A stretch of DNA of 61,155 nucleotides, the filler included, from Sphacelaria rigidula (Eukaryota), in NCBI GenBank assembly GCA_964200075.2. It is 9 parts of 9 records of this genome, joined end to end, with 100 filler letters (N's around TTAATTAATTAA, not from the genome) between each part and the next. Parts side by side here need not be neighbours in the genome. Positions count along the whole stretch, not along the records: positions 20,421 to 27,126 come from CAXNAA020018492.1; positions 27,227 to 33,932 come from CAXNAA020018493.1; positions 34,033 to 40,738 come from CAXNAA020018494.1; 6 more parts are not named here. One strand, given 5' to 3'. The position numbers and the translations under genes were made by a program. Numbering within the stretch: the stretch's first letter is position 1; every line of letters begins with the position of its first letter. Positions 26,175 to 39,849 of the stretch are shown here, piece by piece. The notes under the pieces are model-generated. The model searched no databases and was not told where the DNA came from. It was given only the letters and a program-made list of their open reading frames with translations.

Positions 26175-26740
26175 CTTGACGTCAAAGCACAGAAGACACA
26201 CGCATCATTATCTTCATTAACAACAACGACAGCAACAACACTGAATCAACACCTCATATGTCGTAGGAGAAAATTAACGAAACTCTCTTGAGGGATTCGT
26301 GAACCTCCAGTACAATTACCTTGGGTTCAAGTACGGCGGTAAATGTCGCTTTTCCGAGCAAACGCTCGACCCGCGTGAGTTTTCGCCATCGAATAGTTTG
26401 GGGAGAAAAAAAAAATGTGATCCTCGCCCCAAAGTCAGTCTGCGCTGAAAATTTTGGTTAAAATTTCCCCCTTCAAGCTTGCCAAAGGTTAGAGACGTCC
26501 CAATCCAGGTGTCGAGCTCCATACACCACGTTTACCCTGCAGCGCTGTAGATACAATAGCCAGGGACAGTGTCCGATAATTCGTTTGTATATCGTACCAT
26601 ATGCTCTTCACGCGCATTGCGCCACGATTCTATCGTCGGCAATGCATGCAAAGCTTGTTGAACCGACTCTTACAGCACAAATTTCGTCTGTAAAAGAAAA
26701 TACAGGGGAAATGGATGATGGTTAAGCACAACTGAAACAC

Positions 26741-26742
<2 letters not shown>

Positions 26743-26801
<59 letters not shown>
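26743..26801. repeat. (TG)n microsatellite (others at 43028-43066 and 56181-56250; (TACATA)n at ~30277-30322)
   Basis: Directly visible. Confidence 0.97.
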
Positions 26802-26803
<2 letters not shown>

Positions 26804-27785
26804 CCACGACATGATCGCTCTCCACTGTTATGGGTGGGGCTGGGGCCCGATTTTGGGTACTGCATTTCGGGAAAATGGATCACGAACGCTATATGCGTAA
26901 GAACTGGATCGTAATCAGACGAATCATATCAATCAAAAATACATGCGTCACCTAGAAACAACGACCTGGCTCATATGAAATTTACTATAAACATGGTACA
27001 TATCTTCAAGCCTGTGGGTGCTCGGTGTTGAGATGATTTTGTTCCTCCGCATCGAGGCTGGGCCAGCCTACAAGCGGATTTGTACTTTGCAGGCGAATTC
27101 GCAATTTTTTTCTTCGAGTTGGAAAGNNNNNNNNNNNNNNNNNNNNNNNNNNNNNNNNNNNNNNNNNNNNTTAATTAATTAANNNNNNNNNNNNNNNNNN
27201 NNNNNNNNNNNNNNNNNNNNNNNNNNGGTTGTTGTGGGGTGACAGTTTGTACTTTTGTTTGGTTTTGGGGGGTTTTTTTTACGGCGCCGTGCCCCCCCGC
27301 CGCCAACCCAAGGGGGGGGGGGGGGGAGGGCTACGTGCCCGAAGCCCTCCTCCACGCTGCCCCCTGCAGTAACATCCAGTTACATCCCATCCATCCCAGA
27401 TAATATCCAGAATGAGCCTGCGTTTATTGCGCCGCGTTCAGTTCGGTTTACGGTTGGGGATATCCTCCAGCAGTCATGTATATAACCATCAATTTTACCT
27501 GTCTGTATGAAACACGTGACAGACATGTGCGTGTCGTTGTCGCTGGATTGGCGGTCTGCGCGTGTTAACGAATAATCTGTGCAAGATGAAACGTGCACGC
27601 ACATACTTGCCGACTGGTCGCACCGTCAGAACCGCTCATCATCAAAATTGAGGATGGAGCATTCTATTGATGATGATCACCCGAAAAAAACAAAAAACAA
27701 TTATCCACAACAATTCATTGAACTATGATTTCATTCCTCCACCTCAGGTAGCTACCTCTCGGTAACTGATACACACCATGCAAGT

Positions 27786-29035
27786 GTGATTGATTGATTG
27801 ATTGGTTGATTGATTGTCGCATTTTAATTGACCCCCCAGGGGTCCAGCCATGGTCTCATGATAGACGTACCCAGAAAAACTAAACTGAAACACGCTTTGA
27901 AGACAAGAAGGAACAGGGGAAACGAAGAGTCGAACAGAACGACATAGCAGACTAAGTCGTGACAGAAAGATTTTTATAAAATAGGTCAACACAAGCAAAG
28001 CGCAGAAAAAAATGACCGACCTCTATGAAAAAAGAAGAGGAAAGTAAAGAGCAAAAAACAAACACACACGATAAAATGATGAAAAAAGGAAAAGGCCCGA
28101 GGGATTCCGGGCAGCAGAGTAGATACAGACACACACCAGTGGGCACCGCAGAGCCACAGACTGAAGACATACTCAACAACCGATATGAGCAGACGGGATT
28201 ATCCGATTGGCAGCTCTCGACGCAGCACCCTCTCGCTTCTGACGGCTGTGTGATTCTCGCTTGTCCGCGCGTCGCTACGTGCCCTCAAACTCTTCCGCTT
28301 CCTTTTCGACTCCAATATGCCATTTGCCCATGTTCTTCGCCGCAGTGACCCGATCATATGCATCGTTAACCTCTGCACCGTAGACGAACGACTTTCGTCG
28401 GGCTCCTTCGTGCGGGGCAGCCCCTAGCGCACGCAGGTTCTCCTCGAGGGTATCCTCCCATTGCTTGGGAAGGCGGCCGAATCCCTCGGGTCCTCGTGTG
28501 GAAAGCCGACCGTTCATGACACGCTTGGGAAGGCATGTGTCCTTCTGGCAAGGGTCCCGCGAACCAGAGTTGACGTTTGTGGACAGTCGTCTCGACACGT
28601 TCGCAGTTGTTGGTCATTTCGAGCACCGCTCTGTACCAAAGAGTCTTGTAGCCATTTTGATCGTTCCTGCGGAATCCAAGCACTCGCAGCAAGAGCTTGT
28701 GATGGGTAGCGCGCAGACTGTCGAAGTCCTCAGAAGGTAGCGTCCATGTGGCACACCCATACAACAGAGCTTCTACCACCTCCGCTTTGAGCAGTCGAAC
28801 TGTCAAGGATAGCTCGGCGTTGGGTCGGTCGTACAGTTGGGAGCTTTTTTGTCGGATACGCGCCCACGCCGCGCTGATACGGCGGTTGATTTCGATGAAT
28901 ATTTTTGCATCCGCGCTGACAGCTCCACCAAGGTAGATGAACTTCCCCGTCTGCTTATACCGTTGACCGGCAGCTTTGATATCCAGGGTTGCCTCCGTGA
29001 GACTGATTTCTGACCAAAGGCGCATGGACTCGTCG
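27786..29035 (-). mobile_element. 5'-truncated RTE-like LINE: end of reverse transcriptase ORF, 3' UTR and (CAAT)n tail
   Basis: FIYLGG...EINRRISAAWAR...ALLYGCATWTL...RQLWFAG, then LPKRVM...KQWED after a frameshift; tail of CAAT repeats ends near 27786. Confidence 0.88.
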
Positions 29036-29125
29036 AATCGGATAACCGAAATTTTGGGGTTCATGTGAAGAGATCATTTGTGGGGAGTTTTGGTGACTTC
29101 GTCGCGTAGATTCTTTGGATTTTTT

Positions 29126-30279
29126 CACACCCTCAACAAAACAATATGTAATATATATTGCCCGCTCAATATATCAACGCGTCGGGTGGTCAACATATAT
29201 TGGGCGAGCAATATGATGACACGAGAGAGGGTCAATATATATTGTGCCATACAATATATCAAGGCTCGAGACATGCAATATACATCGACCGAACAATATA
29301 TCACGACACGCGCCACCTCAATATATATTGGCCTAGAAATATGTTGGGGCGAGAAGGCACCAATATATATTTGTTAAGTAACATATTGGCTGCCACCCGA
29401 GGTCAATACATTTTGACGATTCAATATACTCGACACCCGAAGCGCCAATATATATTGCCGCCCCAATATGTCGTGCGTCGATGCGTCCAAAACATATTGG
29501 GCAGACAATGCACGAGGGACACAATACATGTTGGTGCAGCAAAATATATTGATTTTCAACATATAGAGTGGAAAGGAGTTTGGAATTAGTATGATGGGCA
29601 GTTCTATGTTCACGGGCGTCATTCAACGACGTATTTTACATGCCGAAAACGCTCAGTGTATTCCTCCGCAAGTGTGTTCAATATATATTGGCTGCACAAT
29701 AGCTATCCGATCAGCGTGTGCAATATAATTTGGGAAACCAATACTGCTGCATGGTTTTCGTTCAATATATATTGTGGTAACAATATTATGCTGCGCATCG
29801 CCTCGACTCAATATATATGTATTGACACTTCAATACACACACGGCGGGCATGCACAATATATGTAGAATGTTTTATTCTCGGAGCAACTGCATGTTCAAT
29901 ATATATTGTCATACATTACTTCATGATCATGTCACGAGCAATATATGTTGTTGCTTCAATATCTCCGAGGACATCTCAACACAATATATATATATGTTGA
30001 AAGGACAATAGTTGCGCTGGCTCCAATACGAAGTATTGTTATCATATTGGAACATATTATATTGTCCAGGGTATAAGCAACACAGCCCCGGTGACCACCG
30101 GGGTACCGAAAGTCGCATACCGACCCGCGTTCTCTGTCTTCGTGATGTTTAGCCAAGATATTTATATTACATGCTGGAAAGGGGATGGGCGGCCCCGCAC
30201 CGGTGGCCAGATAGGTATCAGGAGGCATACATACCGGGTCGCCTCTTCTGTCACCATTTGTTCTGACCGGAATACACAC

Positions 30280-30321
<42 letters not shown>

Positions 30322-30810
30322 GTATATCAAACGCATTCGACAACTTTCCGGAGGGATGCACGCGAACTTCTGCGGCTCCCTTTGAAGCTTTTCCCAATAT
30401 GCACGGGCTCCGGCATCCATCGCGTCTAGATCTCTCTTAAAGCGTACACCACACTTGAAATATCCAATACATATTGACCGGCCAATACATTATCACCCAC
30501 GCAGACCCAAAATATATTGACCGGTCAATATGTTCTAATTAATGCGACCCTAATATATATTGGTCGTGCAATATACTGTCGCCCACGCTGCCCCAATGTA
30601 TATTGATGGGACAATATGTGTTCAACCCAATAGTACCAATATATATTGGGCGGGCAATATGTATGCAATCCCACGACATCAATATATATTGGGTGCGCAG
30701 TACATGTGCAGTCTAAGGGTACCAATATATATTGCACCGGCAATATATCACAAAATTCCAATATGATCGGCTAATATATAATGAAAACATATTGTATTGT
30801 CCAGGGTGTG
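29126..30810. mobile_element. Non-autonomous TIR element (possibly composite) filled with CAATATATATTG-like motifs
   Basis: CACACCCTCAACAAAACAATATG versus CATATTGTATTGTCCAGGGTGTG; flanks GATTTTTT / GAATTTTT; a second right-end copy at ~30052-30074. Confidence 0.7.
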
Positions 30811-31047
30811 GAATTTTTATTTTACATAGGGCCCCAAGTATGCGGTTACCGGATCCAAGTATGAATGGCGTGGGGTGAATAAGGTTTGCTTCCAGCGTAT
30901 AAAGAACTGTTGCCATATTTCGAAGAGATAGCATACATACGAAAATTAATGTTTTCCGTTTTTTCATCATCAATGCGAAGCTCCATCCTCAAATGTTGTG
31001 TTCGAGTATCGGCGAGACCGTAACGTTTCGGAATCAAAAGGGTGATA

Positions 31048-31490
31048 AACACGCGATCTTACAAATTGGGGATTGATCTTTTATTGGGGATGAGAAACCC
31101 GGAGGATTAAATCTTCGTATCCACACTAAATCTCCGAAATATGGTCCCATTTTTTCACCTACTGATAGCTACTGACAAGTGCAACACGTCATAAAAATTT
31201 GGATTTCGATCACCGAAATGTTGGGATCCTAGGTGAAAAAACAATTTTGGGGGATTCCGGGTGTCCGAACAGACGCCAAAATGTGTCCGAAATTAGTTTT
31301 TCACCTAGGACCCCAACATTTCGGTGATCGAAATCCAAATTTCTATGACGGGTAGCAGTTGTCAATAGCTATCAGTAAGTGAAAAAATGGAACCATATTT
31401 CGGAGATTTAGTGTGGATACGAATATTTTAATCCTCCAGGTTTCTCATCCCCAATGAAAGGCCCATCCCCAATTTGTAAAATCCCGTGTT
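31048..31490. mobile_element. 443-bp foldback MITE, family C
   Basis: ~200-bp inverted arms; ends AACACG...CGTGTT; TSD GATA on both sides. Confidence 0.92.
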
Positions 31491-34400
31491 GATACGCCGT
31501 TGAGAGGGTGGATGTTTGTTGCCGGGGGCATATGGTTACATCGACCGCCCAAATCGGTGCAGGGAGGAGTTCAGGAGGAAGCATGTGGAGGAAAGAGGCG
31601 GGAACAAATTACTCAACGCATTTCTTCGAGTGTTCAGCATATGATCCATGTCACCGGTTCTTGGCAGGTCGCAGGCATAGGAGGATGCCATCGGAACCAA
31701 CCAACGTGCAGAGGTTATCCGCGTGCGGTTATCATGCTGCACAATATTTTATTTCAAAATGTCAACTTCAGGATCATCCTTCGCTGCGAATTCATCTTTG
31801 CCGGCGACACACTCGTGCGATTCAAATATAAAAAACAGTATTGCGAAATCGATGTTTCGGCCGAGGGCGTCGCCACACTACTCGCCATACGCTTGTGCAT
31901 CCAGGGCCGCGTCGCACCATGCACTGAACATCTTCACTTTGCACACCAGGAACAGTATATGACTACGGATTAGCAGAGGACAGCATCGGCTATTACATAT
32001 CTGGGCGTGCACAATGTTTCTACAGAAAGCATACCTTCAAATCATCCGACAGAGTATCCACTATTATGGATCTAGGCGTGCAACGCATCTACAGAAAATA
32101 TGCCTCAAAACTAATCAACTGACTCAATCAAAACGCGGAATCATCATCATGGCCATAATCGTTTCCGATTCCAAATCCTCCTTCTCAAACCCAGTGCACT
32201 CTGAGTTTGAATCTCCAATCCAGATCTCAGCTGAAAGCTCACACCCGCCCTGTCTGTCTATCTGGCCCGCCATGGGTTCACGCATCCGATCCCTCTCCCC
32301 CCCCCCCCCCGCCGTGGCGCCGACATGACTCCCTACCATAACCCACCCTTCTGGTGAGGTTTCTTCTCCGGCTCCACATTCCATTCCCGTCCGTTGAAGT
32401 TCACTGCGTACATTTCAACCCCAAAGCACCCCCCGCCAGTGTTCGGAACCTGCATCAGACTGTTGCACGTGCTTCCTACAGGCATCCAAGTCCGGGCAGC
32501 AGCGGAAAGGCATGTGCCCATGTACTGTGGTGATACAAAGGGAGTCTCGCCCACGCGTGGTGAATAGAAGGCCCGGGGCGGCAGCGACCTGCTCGAAGGC
32601 GTTTTCATACTCGAAAAAAACATCGTGGCGGGCAGCTTCACGCCGTCGTCGAGATTTGCCTTCGGGCTTTTGCCTTTTAACTCCACTCTCGGTTTTGTGA
32701 AGAGTCTTTGGAGATTGCACGGCCTTCAGAACGAACTCCCACATTCTCAGGAAGGGAATCCCGGACACGCGCGGCAGGAGATCACAGCTAGTCAACCTGT
32801 AGGTGAAACCAAACAAGGCCACCTTCACAGGTGGCGTCAGCCAAACATACTGCCCGTCGGGAGTCGCCCGAACCCCCGCATCAACATCCACGCGTGGCAT
32901 CGTCATCACCGCGGCCGCCCCGTCGCGTCCTTCCCCACCAGTCTCGGCTTCAAGATATATCCGCATGGGCGCCCCTGCCACAGTACTGTCGTCGAAAATT
33001 CCGCCGACCGCAATTATCAACGCAGCTCCCGATACCGGCGGCATCGCCGGTCCTCCCTTCCCTCGCCCACCTGGCGCCGCCGCAAAATTCGACGGGTAGA
33101 TCGCCGCCGCCAGCCCGCAGCCCAAACCACTCGCGCCTGACACAGCTCCTTCCGTCCCCGTCGCCACCGCCCCCCCCCCCGGTAGCTCGGCCATACTCAC
33201 GGGTGGCTCCCTCATCGCAGCGACCGATCCCTCATCGCCGCGACCGCTCCCTCGCGTTCCTTCGCACCAGTCAACGCCTCAAGATATGTCCGCATGGGCA
33301 TCCCTGCTACAGCACTACCGCCGATAACCCCGCCCGCCGCAATTCCTGCCGCAGCTCCCGACACCCGCGGCACCGCCGGTCAACCTTCCCCCTGCCCGCC
33401 TGCTGCCACCGCTGAAGTCAACCCGTAGACCGCCCCCGCTAGTCCGTCGCCGGAAACACTCGTGTCTCATACTGCTAACTGCGCCTCCGTCGCCATCGCC
33501 CCCCCCCGGTACCTCGGCCATCACCACTTCCGCGTTCCATGGCCGGCTCGCACTATCCCACCCGCGGTCATCCGCACCGTCGAATCCCTCTTCTTCTGCC
33601 ATAACCGCCGCTGCTGTGTCACCTGCTCTCGTTGCTTCTTCTGCCACATGTGTCGGTGTGTAACCACTTAGGGTTGGCGGTATCCTGCTCCCATCAGGTA
33701 CGATCAATGGCCAGTCGTGGTTCTCGACTACTACTCGTTCGAACGTACCTTTGGCAAGGTAGTTCCGTACCTGTTTGTTTTTTTCAGAAGCAAGCTTTGG
33801 AAGCCTGACCCCCTGGGAATGGCCGCGGTTGATGTCGGATGGAACGTTCTGACGTCATTTTGAGTCGTCCTACGATAGGGGGGGGGGTATTTGGTTGCAC
33901 GAAAAAAGAGGCTCATAAGTGTGCGACACATCNNNNNNNNNNNNNNNNNNNNNNNNNNNNNNNNNNNNNNNNNNNNTTAATTAATTAANNNNNNNNNNNN
34001 NNNNNNNNNNNNNNNNNNNNNNNNNNNNNNNNGTTGGTGTTGTGTGTGGTGTTGGTGGTGTAGTTCGGGGTCGGGTGGTTTGTGGTGGTGTGTGGTGGTG
34101 GGGGGCATACTCATTTGCCGCTTGCCTTAGTCATGTGGCCATTGATCACGCATCCCTTTCGAGACGAAGCGCCGTTCCTACTCCTAATAGATTCAACAGT
34201 TCAATTGTGACAGGGGTGGGTATCGAACTCGAACTTTAGTGGTCGGGAAAAGAACGCACTAAGCATTCAACCACTCTTGGGGGGAGGAGGGGGGGTTCAA
34301 AACTGGAGTTGGAGAACTTTAGGTGGTACAACGCATCACGCAGCGCAAGCTCTACGCAGTAGGTACAAGGGGATCATTCGAACCGGCGTACGGACCCATG

Positions 34401-36480
34401 ACTACGTAAGATGCCGCCAAATGCTCAGCTGCGGAGACTTTTCATAACAACTGGGTAATGCGTTCTCTGCCTGCTTTTTTCATCGTACTTTCGTCTGACG
34501 ATATTAATCCACTACGCGACGCTGTTCGTACGACACACACACATGCGTCCGAATGTTTCAATCCTCGTGATTACCACGATCAGCAAAAACGGTATCAGGA
34601 GTTCCTGAGCAGTTATGATCCCGCTTTACTCGTAGCGCTCACCGTGAAATGGGTAGCTAGGGGGTATGGTCAGCAAGAAGTAGAACGTTGCACCTTCGTA
34701 TAAGCCAGCAGTAATGGAGACACCGACCTGTTCAAACAAACAACCGAAGGACGCAGTCACAACACAGCACAGCAGCAGCAAGCACAGCGGGGTTCACTGA
34801 CAGCAACTCACCACAGAGGGCAATTAACGAGTACACCGACGGAGACGCCTTCTATCGCACACATAGTACAATCAGCGTCGGCCTGCAAAAGCAGTCAGGC
34901 ACGTCTGGAGACAGCGTTGAAACGCAACAACACAAAAACTCGATGTCAAGATCCTGCTGCCCATGTCACCTTAGCTCAGCTCAACTCAACTCCTTGTTCT
35001 ACTTCCAAGTACTTGAATACCGTTACTGCAGGGGGGCGGTCGCACACCACAACGCGAGTGATGAGAAAGGCTGCAGTCGACCACACGGGACGCAAACGGA
35101 CCGGGAAGACTCCGCACGTCGAAGGGTAGACCCGGCAAAGCAAGCCGGACGAACGGATAGCACTCGATTTTGCCATCTCCTTGAACAAAATTACCATCAA
35201 TCAGTCACGACAGTCGGCAGAACACGCCCCATGATGCCCTTCGAAAAAAGCCCGGTTTCATCCGCGGAGACCCTACTGCGAGCCCCCTTCTCCCCCATCC
35301 CTGACTGATGGCCTTTTCACCTTGAGTTTGAGCACATTTCGAGTGCCATCTGGGAAGTCTATGCTGGTGGACGCGTGCGAAGCATTAAATCGTTGTCGCG
35401 ACAGCTGCGGAGACATTCGGCGAATCATTTGTTGGCGAGGAGAAACCAGAGATCAGCACGCACAGCACACGGTCGGCAGGGGCGAACGGAGAGGGGGTTC
35501 TGTCAAAAGCTGAGCCTTTTGGTCTGAGGCTCGGCAAAAGGTGTGCATACATCAGCATACATGGAACAGAATACCAGTCCCACATATTGGGCACATTCAG
35601 GTGGTCAAATGAGTGAGGCTTTAGCTTCATACGCACATGATGACCTACATGGGGGAAAAAAACATGACAACTTATGCGAACGCATATGCGAGTCAACCAA
35701 GACACAAGCTATGCGCGCGAAGGGTGGGACCTGCAAAAATGCAAGTCTTGGAGGGATGCAGGCTCAGGCAGCAAGTAATGGTGGGTGTTCAAAGGTGCGT
35801 CTTGGAGTGAAGACACGCATCCGGCAGAAAGGTGGATGATTGCCTCGTTAGCTCCCGTGCAGGTCCCTGGTGTTACGTGTGCAACACAGCATGCATTTGA
35901 CGGTCACGGGCGGTCTGGTGTAGCATGCATGCCCAAGCAGCCCTCCAGTGCAGACCACAGTTTCACCGCGTACTGTAGCAGCTACCAGCTCGCTGCACCA
36001 CACCGTGCCGTATCGTCTGCACTGTCATGCTCTCTCTGCTCTTTGGCTTCTCTACACCGACAGTGCGCACGAGACCATCCCCTCACACAGAAGCCCGACC
36101 GAATCCCGATACTGGCACAGGGAACCGGGGGCAAACATGAGTCGCGAACGTACGTGAAAATTGTTGTCCATCGTGTAAGCGGCGCGATCAGCCCATCTAT
36201 GCTATATCATACAAGTAAAATATCCAATCTGTAATTATCCTGAACATGTTGAGGCTCCTGTCCCACAAGGACAAATCAATCGCATCCCCTACCCAAGAAG
36301 TTCCGCGAACTGTCAGCCGGTGATATTTTGAGAGAGGGTGTCGCGATGAAGGGGTCAAGACCATTTTTTATGGCAACCACTCCGTCTTTGTACGAACATT
36401 GGGATTTCAGCCTGTCTACAGCCGATTTTCTCACGTGGATTTTTTTTCGGACCCCGGTCCGTTGGGCGATGTTCAATATT

Positions 36481-36603
36481 CTTTTGGTTCATCACCTTTC
36501 TGCTCAGATCGGGAGACTCTCGCATCACTCCCGATTTGGGCCCCCCGATTTGGGGGAGATGCGGGAGTCTCCCGATCTGAGCAGAAAGGTGATAAACCAA
36601 AAG
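36481..36603. repeat. 46-bp inverted repeat with 31-nt loop
   Basis: 36481-36526 versus 36558-36603, two mismatches. Confidence 0.9.
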
Positions 36604-36939
36604 TCAACGTCCAGAGAATCGGAGAATTGATTGGTTTCCTTGGTCTAAGCAGAAAATCACTTCCGAGAGAAACAGCGACAAAAAATTGTCAAAATGCGAA
36701 TGTTGAAGAGGGAGGGGGGGGGGGGGGTGTTATCATAGTGACCAGCCACGGAGCTTTCCCAGAAAGTGTTTCTCGGGAGGTGTCCTTCTCCGGCCCTCCA
36801 AGACACGAGCTAGGCGCCAATAACGTCATCATACGAGTGACCGGCCGACAAACTACACCCACAGTTTGTATTGTAATACTGAATCAGGAGTCAACTTTTT
36901 GCGGAATATGTATCTATATTTAACGATGGTACAAACTTT

Positions 36940-37190
36940 CACACGCCGTACGAGCACGAGTATGACTCATGGCACTCGCACTCGTTGGGCTGCTCGTTGG
37001 CTGTAAAAATTAATAGAGCGAGCACTCGAGTCATTGCTCGTTGTGGAAAAAAAATAATGGGGCGAGCACTCGAGTCATTGCTCGTTGTAAAAAAAGTAAT
37101 GATCCGAGCACACGAATCATGCTCGTTGTGTTTTCAAAAAATATCCACGAGTGCCCTCGCTTCGACCAGCAATGACTCGTCCGACGTGTG
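36940..37190. mobile_element. 251-bp MITE with internal ~45-bp subrepeats (related copy in opposite orientation at ~41180-41433)
   Basis: CACACGCCGTACGAG...CTCGTCCGACGTGTG; flanks CAAACTTT / CAAACTTC (8-bp TSD, one mismatch). Confidence 0.8.
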
Positions 37191-37732
37191 CAAACTTCTT
37201 GCCCTCTGTGAGGCTTTCCTGCTAAATACAGGAGAAAACTTGATCGTTACAGGTACAACAACAGCCGGGTAATCGTTTGTCATTGAGGCAGACAGATGAG
37301 GGCGATAGTAAATTCTAAAACCAAACACATTCTGTTGTACCTACTGGTGTGTTGTCTGTCCCAGCTGGCAAACTTATGCGGTACTTCCTTTTCATTCTTT
37401 CAATACAATACATCGATACGAATACGGTATATGTAGAACATGTCAGGGTCATTCACTCTGACGCATGATACGTATACCGCAAAGAGTTGTGCAACGGGGG
37501 CTCAAAGAAGGTTGAAGGTTGTGGCCCGCCGTCGGAGGAGGGGTGAGTCCGTAACTTTTCTAGTTCTCATATTGCTCAGTACGTCGCTCCTGTCCCCACG
37601 TAAAAATGCCGACCATGCGACTGCAATGCGATATTTTCACCAGATCTCAAGATACGCAATAAGGCTGCCGCCCATGCTTCATTTCACGCGAAAACACATT
37701 CCAATATTGTTATAGCGTTTCAGTTGCCGCCG

Positions 37733-37812
37733 CACCCCGGTGGTGTAATGGCCCGACTGTCACCATTAGGGTGGAGAGAACGAGGGTTCAATTCCCGATG
37801 TGTTGGTTTTTT
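37733..37812 (+). mobile_element. tRNA-derived SINE-like head or tRNA pseudogene
   Basis: A box TGGTGTAATGG (37741), B box GGTTCAATTCC (37785), T-run after; no acceptable cloverleaf. Confidence 0.55.
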
Positions 37813-39771
37813 TCTTCGTAGTGTGTGATTTCCACCGTGGCAAGCGTGAGAACTTGAGTAACCAAAGTAGTCGACTGAGTTCGTGTGACGTGCGTTGACG
37901 CGGTGCGTGAGTGGTGGTCATGATCCAATCCGCGAGACCAAAATGCAAGGCGTGCACCGGGGAGACATGGGTTAATCTCTCGAGACCACAGACTCGAGGC
38001 CACGGACTCGAGACCACAGACTTGTCCCGAGGAAGAGGAGAAGTCCGAAGTGCGACAAAAATTAATAACTACTCTGTGAATGATGTACAGTCCAGTACAC
38101 AGCGCATCGACATTTCTGTTTCTCACTTCAACAAGCTTGTGTGACTTCACCAACCCCTCCCTCACGAGACTGATTTGCGACTGCTTTGGTTCAATACTAT
38201 CGTAATTAACCATTGCTTCGTAAAGGGCAGGATTGGCCGTAATTTGTATCGATGAAGGGTTTGGCCGTCACCTCGACAAATCAGGGGGATACGCGAGTAT
38301 GCTGGACTGCCCGACTTGGCCCTGGACACCGCGGCGTGAGGAAACCGCTCCGGTCTTTAGCGTGTGTGTGGCGGTACAATTCCGCACTTCACCGCGAAAG
38401 GGTTACAATACTCTGACCTTTCCGTGGGCGATCAGGCAGGCGGCTTCGCGGCTTAATTGGGTAGTCAGGAAGGATACGAGTACAAGTTTCAAGTTCGGGA
38501 ACACGGTTCGAATTACGAGCATATGGGGCGCACTGTTCCCACTGCAGGAGAAGGCGTACGTTGCAAACAGTACTACAGTACAGAGCGTATGCGTGAATTG
38601 AAAAGTCGGGCAGCATACAACAGGTGGGTCCCCGAGGCGAGGTACATCTTCCAAAGGCCGCAACCACCAGTCTACCCATCTTGATGTAAACCACATGGTA
38701 CTCTTGTCGTGTAATGCATTGTCCTGTACAACTGTCGCGTTAGGTGTGTGCAGACTGCACGCGGTTGAAATCCCGCCGCACGGTCGCGGGTGTCCTAAAC
38801 GGCAGCTCATGCCCTGCCCGAGAGCACTTGTCAGAATCCTCCTCTACACGTACGAGATAAAAGTTTGCGTTGGAGCATTTGCTTCGCCGAGTGCCGAGTT
38901 TACTCACAAAATCTGGCTCGTGTACTCGTAGCGCGGACGGTGGTCATTTTCAAGGGCGAAAGGAAACGAAGCTACTCTACTGCTACACTACTATGATGCG
39001 AAGTGTTTCCGGCCGAGTGTACGGAAATCATGGAAATCTCCCTTGGTTAGATGCTTAATATATAGTTGTAGTAGCGTGCGGTTACCCCCTGAACTAGTAC
39101 ACAACGTAATTTTTGGGCCGCGCCCCAAAATCCAAGTCCCGATTTTAAGCCCTCACAACTAGCATATCTGATTCCACGGCTCTAACTAACAACATACAGC
39201 AATAAGGGAGGGTGGTGCAGCACAGAGTGGTATTTTATGCGGCAAAGTGGACATCACCTCCATAAAATCGATAGTGGCCCGGCATACGAGACTGGAGAGG
39301 GATTGGGTACAAGTACCTACGTTGGATGCGCAACATAGCAAGTTCCCCTCTTTCGACTGTTGGAAAGAAGACACACGGTATATGTCGGATTTTTTGCGTA
39401 TTTTCCTGTCGAAAGGCTCACCTCAGCTATGTCCTTCTTGACCCTGAGGGATGCTAGGTTGGCCTTCGTGTACATGTTCGCTCACTTCTCCCGCTTCAGC
39501 CCACTGGTGGGTCAAGTACTCTAGCTGGTGAGGAAGCTCGCTCGGGAAGTTGGTCGTTCGTGGTACTAATTCGCCCTTTCTTCTATTTTTCACCATGTGT
39601 ATTCGATCTCGTCTTTGGTAAGTTCCCGTGAGCCGAATGCAACAAGGTCGTACTGACTGCAGTGTGCTGGTGCTCGGTAAGGCTTGATAGGTTACAGACT
39701 GGGAGGGCAGTGGTGCTTTAGTGCTGCCAAGCTTGGGCTATTGCAGTGGAAATCTATAGAAAGTGTCCACG

Positions 39772-39849
39772 ATGTCTACGACACGGAGATTCTGCTGTGA
39801 TGACCTGCTCAAGTTCAATAACATCAACCTCGATGTTCTTACAGAGACG
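39772..39849 (+). CDS. NAA20: N-terminal acetyltransferase B catalytic subunit, first coding exon
   Basis: MSTTRRFCCDDLLKFNNINLDVLTET then GTGAGT; matches the conserved NAA20/Nat3 N-terminus (MTTLR.F.CDDL..FNNINLD.LTET). Confidence 0.9.

Noticed and set aside
37733..37812. Functional tRNA genes here and at 56815-56893
   Set aside because: A and B boxes are present but acceptor and T stems do not close into a cloverleaf.
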